NCBI GenBank assembly: GCA_963664395.2
Contig: OY761159.2
Coordinates: 3,488,001 to 3,552,000 of the forward strand
Length of the DNA: 64,000 bases
Source: Candidatus Binatia bacterium
Lineage (GTDB): Bacteria; Desulfobacterota; Binatia; Bin18
Direction: 5' to 3'
Below, piece after piece: positions 10,599 through 20,516 of the stretch (within the stretch, counting starts at the first letter, position 1; each line of letters begins with the position of its first letter). The notes beneath the pieces were generated by a model. The model made no database searches. It worked only from the letters and a program-made list of their open reading frames with translations, and was not told where the DNA came from. Both the position numbers and the translations under genes were made by a program.

Positions 10599-13500
10599 AT
10601 ATATTACTGATCTCTCAGTGCAATAAAAAAGCCTTGGTCGAAACGAGACGTGTTCTGGACCAATTTGCAGAACGCAAGGGTGAGCGTACCTGGCAAACAG
10701 CGATCACGCTGCAAGGTTTGCAGACACTCCGCAAAATGTTGAAAAAGTCAGCGCGGAGGAATACCGCCGTGGCCTGCCACAGAATCGGCGGGAAGAATTA
10801 TAGTGAATTGCTGTGGGTTGTGGGCAACACCAATAGGTTCAATACCGAAGGCACCATACCAACCAATTTCACCAGTCGGGACGTACTGAAGACGGATGAT
10901 GAGAACCAATGGCACACGGCAGAAGACATCGCCTTGCTTGCCGCGCTTGCCGCGCTGTTTCACGATTTTGGTAAAGCAAATGCGCTGTTCCAGAAAAAGC
11001 TGAAAGAACACAGAAACCTCTCGGAACCTTATCGTCACGAATGGGTGAGTTTAAGAATGTTCCAGTCTTTTGTTCGTGAAGATATGGACGAACAATGGCT
11101 GAGTCGATTGACCAAAGTTTCGAGTGAAGATGACGCACCCCTTTTGCAGTATCTCGAAACAATACAAGACCATCCAGACACGTTTCGTGCCCAACCATTC
11201 ACCGCCATGCCTCGCCTCGCTCAGGCTGTAGGCTGGCTCATCCTCACCCATCATAAATTACCCCGCTCGGTCGATCCTGTAGTAAACCTCAAGTGGATTT
11301 CCAACTTTCTGCACCAATCACTGTTGCCGAATTGGAATTCACCCCAAATCGCGACATATAAAGGCCACGATCTGACGGCTGCCATGAGAAAGGAATTACA
11401 CCAAGTCTGGCACTTCCCGGCAGGTACTCCATTTAGAAGCGACACGTGGTGCTCAAAAGCGCAGCGGATAGCTCGACGGCTGCTTGGCCGTCAGAGTATT
11501 TTTGTGCGTGACTGGCTTGATGACAGCTTCAGCATACATGTTTCGCGCATGGCGCTGATGCTGGCCGACCACCATTATTCGTCTTGTCCCAGCACCCCTG
11601 CCTATGGCGATGCCCGTTATACAGCGTATGCAAACACCGACAGAAAAACACGTCAATTAAAACAACAACTCGATGAACACCTGGTAGGCGTCTACAAACA
11701 TAGTTTGTGGCTTGTGCGCACCCTCCCAGGGCTGAGGAACACCCTGCCGGCAATCGGGCGGCATTCTGCCTTCAAGAGACGCACGCGGGACGGACGATTT
11801 CTCTGGCAGAACAAGGCCTATGACCTGGCCTATTCCCTGAAGGACCAGGCTCAGGCAGGCGGTTTTTTTGGGGTCAACATGGCGTCAACCGGTTGTGGCA
11901 AGACTTTCGCCAACGCGCGAATCATGTACGCCCTGGCTAATGAAAAACGCGGCTGTCGGTTTAGTGTTGCGTTGGGTTTACGAACCCTGACGCTACAGAC
12001 CGGCGACGCCTTCCGGCAGATATTGAATTTGGACGAAGACGATATGGCAGTTCTGATCGGTTCCGCTGCGGTCCGTAAACTCCATGAAGAGAAAAAGAAA
12101 GATGAAGATAATTTCAGCGGCTCAGAATCTGCTGATCCACTATTGGATACGGACTATCACGTGAGATATGAGGGGGCGCTTGCTGATAGTGCCCTCAGAC
12201 GCTGGTTAGAAGCCTCACCAAAACTCAACAGCATGGTCAGTGCGCCTATACTGGTCAGCACCATAGATCATCTCATGCCGGCGACGGAAGGCACTCGCGG
12301 CGGCAGGCAGATTGCCCCTATGCTCCGCCTGCTTACCTCAGACCTTGTGTTGGATGAGCCGGATGAATTTGGGCTGGCGGATGTGCCGGCGCTGACCCGC
12401 CTAGTGTATTGGGCTGGAATGCTGGGCAGCAAAGTCGTTCTGTCTTCCGCAACTCTGGCGCCCGCTCTCGTTGAAGGACTCTTCAAGTCGTATAGCGCCG
12501 GGCGGAATGCCTATAACAACAGTTGCGGGGACCCCCATCATCAGCCGCCTGTCTGCTGTGCCTGGTTTGATGAGACGAAGGCCGAGCACGCAACAATTGC
12601 CAATGCGGAAGATTTTTGTCAGCAGCACTCCGTCTTCACAGATAAACGTGCGGCTAGACTGGCGAACCTCCCTCCAAAACGAAAAGCCGAATTGTTGCCG
12701 CTGCCTGGCCAGACACAGAGCGCTCATGATGCGATAGCCACCTTCGGTGAGGCCATATCTGAAGGCATGCGGCAACTACATCAGCAACACTATCAGGAGA
12801 ATCGGGAGAACAATAAAAAGGTCAGCATCGGCTTGGTACGTATGGCCAACATCAGGCCACTCGTTGCAGTGGCGAAGTACCTGCTTCAATCGTCACCCCC
12901 GACTGATACGACTGTCCACTACTGCATTTACCACAGCCGGTTTCCACTGATTGTTCGTTCTGAAACCGAAGGTATTCTCGATGCGGTACTGAACAGAAAA
13001 GACCCGAAGAATATCTGGCAATTCCCCACCATCAAAAACGCGCTCAAGAGCACCGATACCACACACCATATATTTGTCGTGTTAGCCTCGCCCGTAGCCG
13101 AAGTAGGACGCGACCACGATTACGATTGGGCCATAGCCGAACCAAGCTCCATGCGCTCAATAGTGCAACTGTCCGGGCGTGTTCTGCGTCATAGAGATAC
13201 GCTGCCGGGAAAGCCGAACGTGCTCCTGCTGGAAAAGAACTACAGAGGCATGACAGGCAAACGGCCTGCTTTTTGTCGTCCCGGTTTCGAGCATAAAGAC
13301 AGGCCGCTTCAAACACGGAAATTGTCAAACAATTTACTCCCCGAGCAATATCGCGTGATCGACGCACGGCCCTGCCTCGTTCCGAGACCCCCCCTCCTTC
13401 CTACTCAAAACCTGGCTGATATGGAGCACAGAGAAATTTCTTTAACTTTCGACGACCCTGAAGATCCGCGTACCCCTCACGCCTTACAATGGCTCAAGCC

Positions 13501-13867
13501 CCATGCCACGCTGACCGGCGAGCTACAGCAACGCACCCCGTTTCGGCTATCGCTCAAAGAAGACGACTATTTTCTACAGCTTGAGGAAGATGATGAAGAA
13601 TTTACCGTTATGAAGTGGCATGAAACGGGCGAAGCAAAAGAATGCAACGAGATAGAATCCATCCCGCTTGAACTGAAGTCCGGGAATACAATCTGGGGGC
13701 ACGTCAGTTATACGGACGCCATGAATCGTCTGGCACAGCGGGAAGATATTGAGATGGAAGAACTCAGCCGTATCTACGGAGTCTTTTCACTGCCACAGAA
13801 TAAACGGACCGGCCGGCCTTGGTGCTATACCCCGGAACTCGGTTTCTATAAACCGCTGACGGACTGA
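10595..13867 (+). CDS. cas3: Type I-F Cas2-Cas3 fusion nuclease/helicase
   Basis: N-terminal Cas2 (SQCxKKALxETRRVLDQFAER), HD motif FHDFGK, MASTGCGKT, LDEPD, EVGRDHDYDW. Confidence 0.96.
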   Translation: MNILLISQCNKKALVETRRVLDQFAERKGERTWQTAITLQGLQTLRKMLKKSARRNTAVACHRIGGKNYSELLWVVGNTNRFNTEGTIPTNFTSRDVLKTDDENQWHTAEDIALLAALAALFHDFGKANALFQKKLKEHRNLSEPYRHEWVSLRMFQSFVREDMDEQWLSRLTKVSSEDDAPLLQYLETIQDHPDTFRAQPFTAMPRLAQAVGWLILTHHKLPRSVDPVVNLKWISNFLHQSLLPNWNSPQIATYKGHDLTAAMRKELHQVWHFPAGTPFRSDTWCSKAQRIARRLLGRQSIFVRDWLDDSFSIHVSRMALMLADHHYSSCPSTPAYGDARYTAYANTDRKTRQLKQQLDEHLVGVYKHSLWLVRTLPGLRNTLPAIGRHSAFKRRTRDGRFLWQNKAYDLAYSLKDQAQAGGFFGVNMASTGCGKTFANARIMYALANEKRGCRFSVALGLRTLTLQTGDAFRQILNLDEDDMAVLIGSAAVRKLHEEKKKDEDNFSGSESADPLLDTDYHVRYEGALADSALRRWLEASPKLNSMVSAPILVSTIDHLMPATEGTRGGRQIAPMLRLLTSDLVLDEPDEFGLADVPALTRLVYWAGMLGSKVVLSSATLAPALVEGLFKSYSAGRNAYNNSCGDPHHQPPVCCAWFDETKAEHATIANAEDFCQQHSVFTDKRAARLANLPPKRKAELLPLPGQTQSAHDAIATFGEAISEGMRQLHQQHYQENRENNKKVSIGLVRMANIRPLVAVAKYLLQSSPPTDTTVHYCIYHSRFPLIVRSETEGILDAVLNRKDPKNIWQFPTIKNALKSTDTTHHIFVVLASPVAEVGRDHDYDWAIAEPSSMRSIVQLSGRVLRHRDTLPGKPNVLLLEKNYRGMTGKRPAFCRPGFEHKDRPLQTRKLSNNLLPEQYRVIDARPCLVPRPPLLPTQNLADMEHREISLTFDDPEDPRTPHALQWLKPHATLTGELQQRTPFRLSLKEDDYFLQLEEDDEEFTVMKWHETGEAKECNEIESIPLELKSGNTIWGHVSYTDAMNRLAQREDIEMEELSRIYGVFSLPQNKRTGRPWCYTPELGFYKPLTD

Positions 13868-13911
13868 AACCGGTATGTTCACCGCCGGACGGACCGCTAA
13901 GAAAGGATTTT

Positions 13912-15177
13912 ATGGACGGACTTGCCACACACATTCTGGAATATATCCAGGAGCGTAGAGATGAGAAACTGAAAAAAGAAAAGGACGCTGCCAAGCAACT
14001 GGAAATTACAGCTAAGCACGAGCCTGAAACCTGGCTGAGCGATGCGGCCCGGCGAGCAAAACATCTCACCCTTGCCACTCATTCTCCTAAATATGTTCAC
14101 CCGGACGCTAATGGCACCAGCATCAACTCTATGAGTTCGGACAAAGTCGGTGACGGATACATCTCCACGCAGAGCGTGTCGGAGATTCCATACGACGTGG
14201 TTGGGACCGCCGCTGCACAGGCTGTCGGGAATTTCCTCTTGCTTGAGCACGAAGGGCAAATCCTGATTGACACCTTACGGCGGGGCGAGAATGCGCCGCT
14301 CCTCGCAATTGCACCCGATGCGGATACGGCCCAAGAGTGGGCGGATGGGTTTTTGTCAGTGCTGGCGTCGTCGGAGCCGAGCGCTCACAAGTTTTCAAAG
14401 CAGTGTTATTGGCCGGTGAAAATCGATGAATACCATATCCTCATTCCTCTCTACGCCACCTCACTGGCGCACACGCTCCACTCTACTATTCAACACGCAC
14501 GATTCTCCGACGAAGCCAAAGCAACCCGTGAACTTCGTCGAAAGGAAGAGTATTCCGAGCAGGAAGATATCCGTTATCTGGACATTGCCGTTCAGGGCTT
14601 TGGCGGAACGAAACCCCAAAACATCAGCCAACTGAACAGTCAGCGTGGCGGCAAAGCCTATCTTGTTTCGTGCGAACCGCCGGATTGGCAACAGCAGGCC
14701 ACCCCACCCCTGCACATCAGTTCCATTTTTCACCAGCGCTTTGAACGCAGTTTGTATCGTGAACACATTCAGCCGTTACACGATTTTCTCCAGCGCGTCG
14801 CCGACAAGCCCAATAATGACAGAATCAAAAAACAACGCGCCCAACGTCTGGATGAAATTGTCTACGAGATTTTGAATCTGGCCGCGTTTATCCAGAACTT
14901 ACCGCCTGGGTGGAGTAAGGACCCTGCCTGCCAGTTGAAACATGAGGAACAATTCTGGCTCGATCCTGGTAGGTCCGAGACGGATGAGGAGTTCCGGGCT
15001 CAGCGGGACGCAACGGACTGGCCGGTCCAGGTCGCGCAGAACTTCGCCATCTGGCTCAGTCAAAAACTTGAGAGCGACACGCTTGCCTTCGGCGCGATCG
15101 AACAGCGTGAATTGCGATCTCTTCTGGAACCTGAACTACGGCACAATTTTATGACAGCGGAGGAGGAAGGACTGTAA
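13912..15177 (+). CDS. csy1: Csy1/Cas8f
   Basis: WLxDAARRA, THxxKxxHPDA, FGGTKPQNISQLNSxRGG. Confidence 0.94.
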   Translation: MDGLATHILEYIQERRDEKLKKEKDAAKQLEITAKHEPETWLSDAARRAKHLTLATHSPKYVHPDANGTSINSMSSDKVGDGYISTQSVSEIPYDVVGTAAAQAVGNFLLLEHEGQILIDTLRRGENAPLLAIAPDADTAQEWADGFLSVLASSEPSAHKFSKQCYWPVKIDEYHILIPLYATSLAHTLHSTIQHARFSDEAKATRELRRKEEYSEQEDIRYLDIAVQGFGGTKPQNISQLNSQRGGKAYLVSCEPPDWQQQATPPLHISSIFHQRFERSLYREHIQPLHDFLQRVADKPNNDRIKKQRAQRLDEIVYEILNLAAFIQNLPPGWSKDPACQLKHEEQFWLDPGRSETDEEFRAQRDATDWPVQVAQNFAIWLSQKLESDTLAFGAIEQRELRSLLEPELRHNFMTAEEEGL

Positions 15178-16103
15178 TGGATTTTGTGATTATATTACGA
15201 AACCTGAAGGTCCACGGAGCCAATGCCATTACCGGCTTTACCTGGGGTTTTCCGGCGATCACTCACTTTCTGGGTTATACGCATGCCTTACAACGAAAGT
15301 TGCCGGAAAAGTTCGACCTCAGTTTTGACGGCTGCGGCCTCGTTTGCCACACACACCAAGTGCATGCGCATAAACCCTCTCCCTATGCTGACTCTCGTTT
15401 TGCGTTGAGTAGAAATCCGCTCGACAAGAGCGGTAAGTCCGCTTCATTTGTCGAAGAGGGCAAGATGAATATGGAAGTCACGCTTCTCATATCGGTTACG
15501 GAAAATTCTCAGGTTGATGTAGAGGGAAGAGAAGAACTCATTGGCTTTTTGTCACAGCAATCGGCAAGGCAGCGCTTGGCCGGTGGCCTTATTACGAACG
15601 CGCCAACCGTTGAGATTGCGGATGTCCAGGACGAGAAGCACAGCAAGAGATTGCTCCGCAGCCTGTTGCCGGGTTTTACGCTGGTGAGTCGTCACGATGT
15701 ATTGCTTGCCGAGCAGGACCGACAACGGAAGGCCAACACACCGGAGCCGGAATTGGCGGCTTGGTTGTCGTTTTCTTCCCTGCGGTATGCCGCCGATCAG
15801 GACAAAACAAAGGATGGGAAGACTCCGTGGCGATTACAGGAAAAATCCTACAAAGGCTGGGTCAAGCCAATCGCCATTGGCTACAAGCGCATTTCGCAGT
15901 TGTATGAACCCGGCGCAATCGCTAAAACACGCGATGCTTCTTCGCCGGCCTGTTTTGTTGAAAATCTTTATTCCATAGGGCAATGGCTCAGCCCGCACAG
16001 AATCAGAGAACTGAGCCACCTGTTCTGGCAGTATGAATACACCGAGTCAGGTGCATACGTATGCAGCAATAATTACCGACCCGCAATTGACTACATAGAC
16101 TGA
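15177..16103 (+). CDS. csy2: Csy2/Cas5f
   Basis: ANAIxGxTWGFPAxTxFxGxxHALxR and GQWLSPHR. Confidence 0.94.
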   Translation: MDFVIILRNLKVHGANAITGFTWGFPAITHFLGYTHALQRKLPEKFDLSFDGCGLVCHTHQVHAHKPSPYADSRFALSRNPLDKSGKSASFVEEGKMNMEVTLLISVTENSQVDVEGREELIGFLSQQSARQRLAGGLITNAPTVEIADVQDEKHSKRLLRSLLPGFTLVSRHDVLLAEQDRQRKANTPEPELAAWLSFSSLRYAADQDKTKDGKTPWRLQEKSYKGWVKPIAIGYKRISQLYEPGAIAKTRDASSPACFVENLYSIGQWLSPHRIRELSHLFWQYEYTESGAYVCSNNYRPAIDYID

Positions 16104-16128
16104 GAGATTGACGAGGAGGAGAGTGAAT

Positions 16129-17157
16129 ATGGCACAGTTAAAGACCGCATCAGTTTTGGCGTTCGAGCGTAAATTGGCGAATTCCGATGGCCTGATGTAT
16201 TCGGGCAGTTGGGAGAATCGAGACAAGGTGGAGTCCTGGTCTCCGGTGACGCTCCACGAGAAATCAATACGCGGCACCATCTCAAATCGCCAGAAAAACG
16301 CTATTGCTTCAGACCCCTTGAAACTCGACAACGAAATCCAAAAGCCCAATTTGCAGACAGTCGATGTGGCCGTATTACCGTTCCAACATGACACGCTGAA
16401 AGTGTCGTTCACGCTACGGATATTAGCCGGGCTGGACCAGCCGTCAGCCTGTAACAGCCAGGACTATCAGGAGGCATTGGGTAAAACGATCAATACGTAT
16501 ATCGCCGAGCACGGTTTTGCCGAATTATCCAAACGCTACGCCACAAACATTGCCAATGGCCGCTTCCTGTGGCGGAACCGGGTGGGAGCCGAGGCGGTCA
16601 ATGTCAGTGTGACCCGGTATCGAGACCGGGAACCGCTGGGCAAATGGCGCTTTGACAGTAACAGCATCTCCTTACGTAAATTCGACACGACGGACACACA
16701 GGTATCCGAGCTTGCAGCCGCCATTGAAGCCGGCCTGAAGGGAGACGAGTTTACGTTTTTGAAGATAGAAGGCTTTGCCCGTCTCGGCGAGGGACAGGAG
16801 GTGTTTCCCTCACAAGAACTCATTTTAGACGGACGCAACAACAGGGAGGGCAAGAAGAGTAAAACGCTCTACCAAGTCGGGGACATCGCCGGTCTTCATT
16901 CTCAAAAAATTGGCAACGCCCTGCGAACAATCGATACCTGGTATCCCGAAGCGGACCAATTCGGCCCCATATCGGTCGAACCTTTTGGCTCCGTCACCAA
17001 TCGCGGGAAGGCATATCGCCAGCCCAAAGACAAGCTGGATTTCTACACACTTCTTGACGGTTGGGTATTAAGGGGAAAGACACCTGCGGTAGAGCAGCAA
17101 CATTATGTTATGGCGGTGCTGGTTCGAGGCGGCGTGTTCGGAGAAAAATCAGAGTGA
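16129..17157 (+). CDS. csy3: Csy3/Cas7f
   Basis: [46 protein letters not shown]. Confidence 0.96.
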   Translation: MAQLKTASVLAFERKLANSDGLMYSGSWENRDKVESWSPVTLHEKSIRGTISNRQKNAIASDPLKLDNEIQKPNLQTVDVAVLPFQHDTLKVSFTLRILAGLDQPSACNSQDYQEALGKTINTYIAEHGFAELSKRYATNIANGRFLWRNRVGAEAVNVSVTRYRDREPLGKWRFDSNSISLRKFDTTDTQVSELAAAIEAGLKGDEFTFLKIEGFARLGEGQEVFPSQELILDGRNNREGKKSKTLYQVGDIAGLHSQKIGNALRTIDTWYPEADQFGPISVEPFGSVTNRGKAYRQPKDKLDFYTLLDGWVLRGKTPAVEQQHYVMAVLVRGGVFGEKSE

Positions 17158-17166
17158 GTTGACACA

Positions 17167-17718
17167 ATGGACCACCACGTTGATATCACAGTGCTTCCCG
17201 ACCCGGAATTTCCAGAAACCACATTGATGAATGCACTTTTTGCCAAGTTGCACCGGGCGTTGGGCAAACACGGTCACGGCAAAATAGGGGTGAGTTTTCC
17301 AGACCACAGCAAGACGCTTGGGGCACGCCTCCGTCTGCATAGCAGCAAAGGAGCGCTTGAAGAGTTCATGCAAACGAGTTGGATCACTGGCATGACGGAT
17401 TATTGTCATGTCGGTGATGTTCAACACGTGCCCCCTCTGACCTTATTTTGCACAGTCAGGCGAGTCCAAGCGAAAAGCGCCTCCAATAAACGGAAACGTT
17501 CGGTGGCAAAGGGCTGGTTGGATGAATCCGAAGCGCAGAAGCGTATTCCTGATTCTCAGCAGCGAACGCTTGATCTGCCCTACGCTCAACTACGCAGCTT
17601 ATCGAATGGGAATATGATGCGCATTTATATTGAGCATGGTGAGCTGGTCCAACAATCGGTAGAAGGGCCATTTTCCGCCCATGGTCTCAGCAGCACTACT
17701 ACCGTACCCTGGTTTTAA
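17167..17718 (+). CDS. cas6f: Cas6f/Csy4 endoribonuclease
   Basis: LPDPEF, LHRAL, IGVSFP, GLSxxxTVPWF. Confidence 0.95.
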   Translation: MDHHVDITVLPDPEFPETTLMNALFAKLHRALGKHGHGKIGVSFPDHSKTLGARLRLHSSKGALEEFMQTSWITGMTDYCHVGDVQHVPPLTLFCTVRRVQAKSASNKRKRSVAKGWLDESEAQKRIPDSQQRTLDLPYAQLRSLSNGNMMRIYIEHGELVQQSVEGPFSAHGLSSTTTVPWF

Positions 17719-17847
17719 CCCTTTTTTTCCAGGTATCCATAACATCTTGATTTACCTACAGATTTTTTAGGGGTTCGTATTAAGGTAAAATTACTGCGTT
17801 TTACCCGAACTCCTGAAAAATCAACAGCTTACGCGTATATTCCTACG
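17719..17847 (+). promoter_or_regulatory. CRISPR leader with two IHF-consensus sites
   Basis: AT-rich; WATCAANNNNTTR matches at 17819-17831 (+) and 17740-17752 (-); inverted repeats AACCC/GGGTT and GGTAAAA/TTTTACC, as in type I-F leaders. Confidence 0.85.
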
Positions 17848-19531
17848 GTTCACTGCCGGACAGGCAGCTAAGAAATAGCCCAACCGGGATACTGTGATCG
17901 GAACATCGTTCACTGCCGGACAGGCAGCTAAGAAAATTGGGGGGCACCAGTCCCGAGACGGTAAGTGTTCACTGCCGGACAGGCAGCTAAGAAAAGAACA
18001 AACGGACGGGCTAGACCAGCGGTTCACTGCCGGACAGGCAGCTAAGAAATAAGAGGGCAGCCTTGGAGCGCTAACCCGTTCACTGCCGGACAGGCAGCTA
18101 GTCGTTCACTGCCGGACAGGCAGCTAAGAAAAGCTAAGAAATCCATGGCCACGATACTGCCGGACAGGCAGCGAAAACAAACTGTTCACTGCCGGACAGG
18201 CAGCTAAGAAATACGTCAATGCAGGAACCCGCCGAACGAAGAGTTCACTGCCGGACAGGCAGCTAAGAAAACTACACGTCCGCCACGTCCTCCCCCGTCG
18301 TTCACTGCCGGACAGGCAGCTCCACCGTCCTAGGTTCACTGCCGGACAGGCAGCTAACGGCCTTCCAAGACGTCGTTCACTGCCGGACAGGCAGCTAAGA
18401 AAGAAGATGGCGCATACGTTGTCATTGAATGTTCACTGCCGGACAGGCAGCTAAGAAAAAAGCCGCGTTCCGATCGCATAGAGGAGATAGGTTCACTGCC
18501 GGACAGGCAGCTAAGAAAACCTACATGGACATCCTGAGGCCGACGGCACGGTGTTCACTGCCGGACAGGCAGCTAAGAAATTACATGTTGCGGGCACGGC
18601 ATGCTTTTGAGTTGTTCACTGCCGGACAGGCAGCTAAGAAAACCAGAGCAATGCGCGTACATGGGCCGACCTCGTTCACTGCCGGACAGGCAGCTAAGAA
18701 ATTAGCCTGGGCCGCTCTCGCTGGTATGGTATCGTTCACTGCCGGACAGGCAGCTAAGAAAAAGGGGTACGACCTGGGCCAAAAAGGCACCCAGTTCACT
18801 GCCGGACAGGCAGCGAAATCACCGAACGCTGCACCCGTTGCTGTCCCGCCGTTCACTGCCGGACAGGCAGCTAAGAAAATGCACACTGCCGGACAGGCAG
18901 CTAAGAAAATGAGCAACGCCGAGTCGCCTCCAGGTTCACTGCCGGACAGGCAGCTAAGGGTAGCGTTCACTGCCGGACAGGCAGCTAAGAAAAAGAGAGA
19001 AAGCTAATCTTTTTCTGTCGGAGGTTCACTGCCGGACAGGCAGCTAAGAAAATAAATATACAAGACTGCGCGGCAGCCGAACCGTTCACTGCCGGACAGG
19101 CAGCTAAGAAAAGCAGTACGACCTTGATCGAGAATAAAGCGACGTTCACTGCCGGACAGGCAGCTAAGAAATTGATACCCAGACGATATCCGGCCTTATT
19201 CGGGTTCACTGCCGTACAGGCAGCTAAGAAATACAACACCAACGTCGTTCATTACGACCGGAAGTTCACTGCCGTACAGGCAGCTAAGAAAAACGATGGG
19301 GGATGTGTCAGGGTTGAGGGGCTGTTCACTGCCGTACAGGCAGCTAAGAAATAATACGGCAGACCTGGAGAGCCAGGCATGACGTTCACTGCCGTACAGG
19401 CAGCTAAGAAAAAGAGAGAAAGCTCTATCTTTTTCTGTCGGAGGTTCACTGCCGTACAGGCAGCTAAGAAAAAGAACGGCCCCCACGGGTAGGACGGCCT
19501 GTAGTTCACTGCCGGACAGGCAGCTAAGAAA
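17848..19531 (+). CRISPR. Type I-F CRISPR array, ~32 repeats including several partial ones
   Basis: 28-bp repeat GTTCACTGCCG(G/T)ACAGGCAGCTAAGAAA; 32-nt spacers and 60-bp period where regular. Confidence 0.98.
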
Positions 19532-19809
19532 TTACTGACAAAACTTCTCCATCAAGAAGGGCATCGTCTCCATGTTCACGCATGTGGCGAAATGCGTCAT
19601 CCCAGCGGCTCCGGGGCTGTCTGGCCGGACGCCAATTCTAAGGAAGTCAACTACTTAGGCCGTCGTGCAGCCCCAAAATCAAAGTCGATTGGAAATTTTC
19701 CCCGGAAAGGGGGGGATAAAGGGGCGGTACAGGGCCTTTGAAGCCCCGAAAAAAGGGCCGAATTACGATCAGGCCCTCCCTTGGCCGGCTTTTACAGAAA
19801 TTCGGCCTC

Positions 19810-19836
19810 TGGATGCCGGATCACGTCCGGCATGAC
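19810..19836. repeat. GTCAT-type REP-like palindrome
   Basis: Reverse complement reads GTCATGCCGGACGTGATCCGGCATCCA. Confidence 0.6.
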
Positions 19837-19912
19837 AAGAGCGTAGCGGCATGGCTACAGCGTGAAACACTCTCGTTGAGTGAAAAAATCACCGGCCTTG
19901 CCTGACAGGGAA

Positions 19913-19950
19913 TGCCTGCTGGATACCAATATCGTCTCGGAACCGCTACG
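19913..19950 (+). pseudogene. PIN-domain (VapC-like) N-terminal fragment
   Basis: CLLDTNIVSEPLR matches the VapC start motif and is cut at the right direct repeat. Confidence 0.55.
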
Positions 19951-19992
19951 GCGGCACGCGAAGTCTATTTTCGCCTGGGCGACAATTTCTAA
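19949..19992 (+). repeat. Right att-like direct repeat (copy of the lptE 3' end)
   Basis: CGGCGGCACGCGAAGTCTATTTTCGCCTGGGCGACAATTTCTAA. Confidence 0.9.
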
Positions 19993-20033
19993 TGGAAATG
20001 GAAAAGGGGCCAAAGTGCCCCTTGACGACGGAG

Positions 20034-20306
20034 TTAGGCCGAAGCGGCGGTCTTGTGTTTGTGGACGAGTTTTGAAAGCTGACCCACATGACGGTCTGCG
20101 GCTTTTTTGGGAATAAGACGTTTCTGACCCGCCCGATGGAGTGCGCTGACCGCCGTCCGCAGAGAACTCTCGACTGCGTCGCTCTCTCCCCTCACGACCG
20201 CTGCTTCTACTTGTTTCATGAAGGTCTTCACCCGTGATTTTGCTGCGTGGTTACGGACTTTCCGAACCTCGCTCTGACGATGTCGTTTCTTTTCTCCTGA
20301 TGCCAC
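20034..20306 (-). CDS. rpsT: 30S ribosomal protein S20
   Basis: KKRxRQSExRxxRNxxxKSRVKT; basic, 90 aa. Confidence 0.9.
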   Translation of the reverse strand: MASGEKKRHRQSEVRKVRNHAAKSRVKTFMKQVEAAVVRGESDAVESSLRTAVSALHRAGQKRLIPKKAADRHVGQLSKLVHKHKTAASA

Positions 20307-20516
20307 GTAATACTCCTCTCTTGAACATTATTCCTACCATGGGTAGGGAGACTGATCAATGTCGGGCAAGAGCTGGTGGCCGAGGAGGACGGCCGGGCAA
20401 AAGGGCAAAGGTGGACACCGTGCTGGCCCGGTCGCTGACGCATTTTTTGTTGCGTTCCGCATTCCCAATCTTCTCCGGCGTCTCGTCGGTGAGGGGGCAA
20501 AGATGAACTACCGGCC

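Larger units (their letters stand above)
8656..19992. mobile_element. CRISPR-Cas island at the lptE 3' end; no integrase visible
   Basis: Flanking 44-bp direct repeats; defence genes and gene fragments inside; housekeeping genes on both sides. Confidence 0.7.

Noticed and set aside
17876-19503. Self-targeting spacers
   Set aside because: No match noticed by eye within the window; a proper alignment is needed to exclude it
17821-19509. ORFs with FTAGQAAKK / FLAACPAVN repeats
   Set aside because: These are translations of the CRISPR repeats
9612-19531. CRISPR-associated transposon (type I-F3 CAST)
   Set aside because: cas1 and cas2-3 are intact, csy1 and csy2 are unfused, and no tnsA/B/C or tniQ is present
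19564-19595. Degenerate terminal CRISPR repeat (GTTCAC...GAAA)
   Set aside because: Spacing is off and the CTGCC/GGCAG stem is absent
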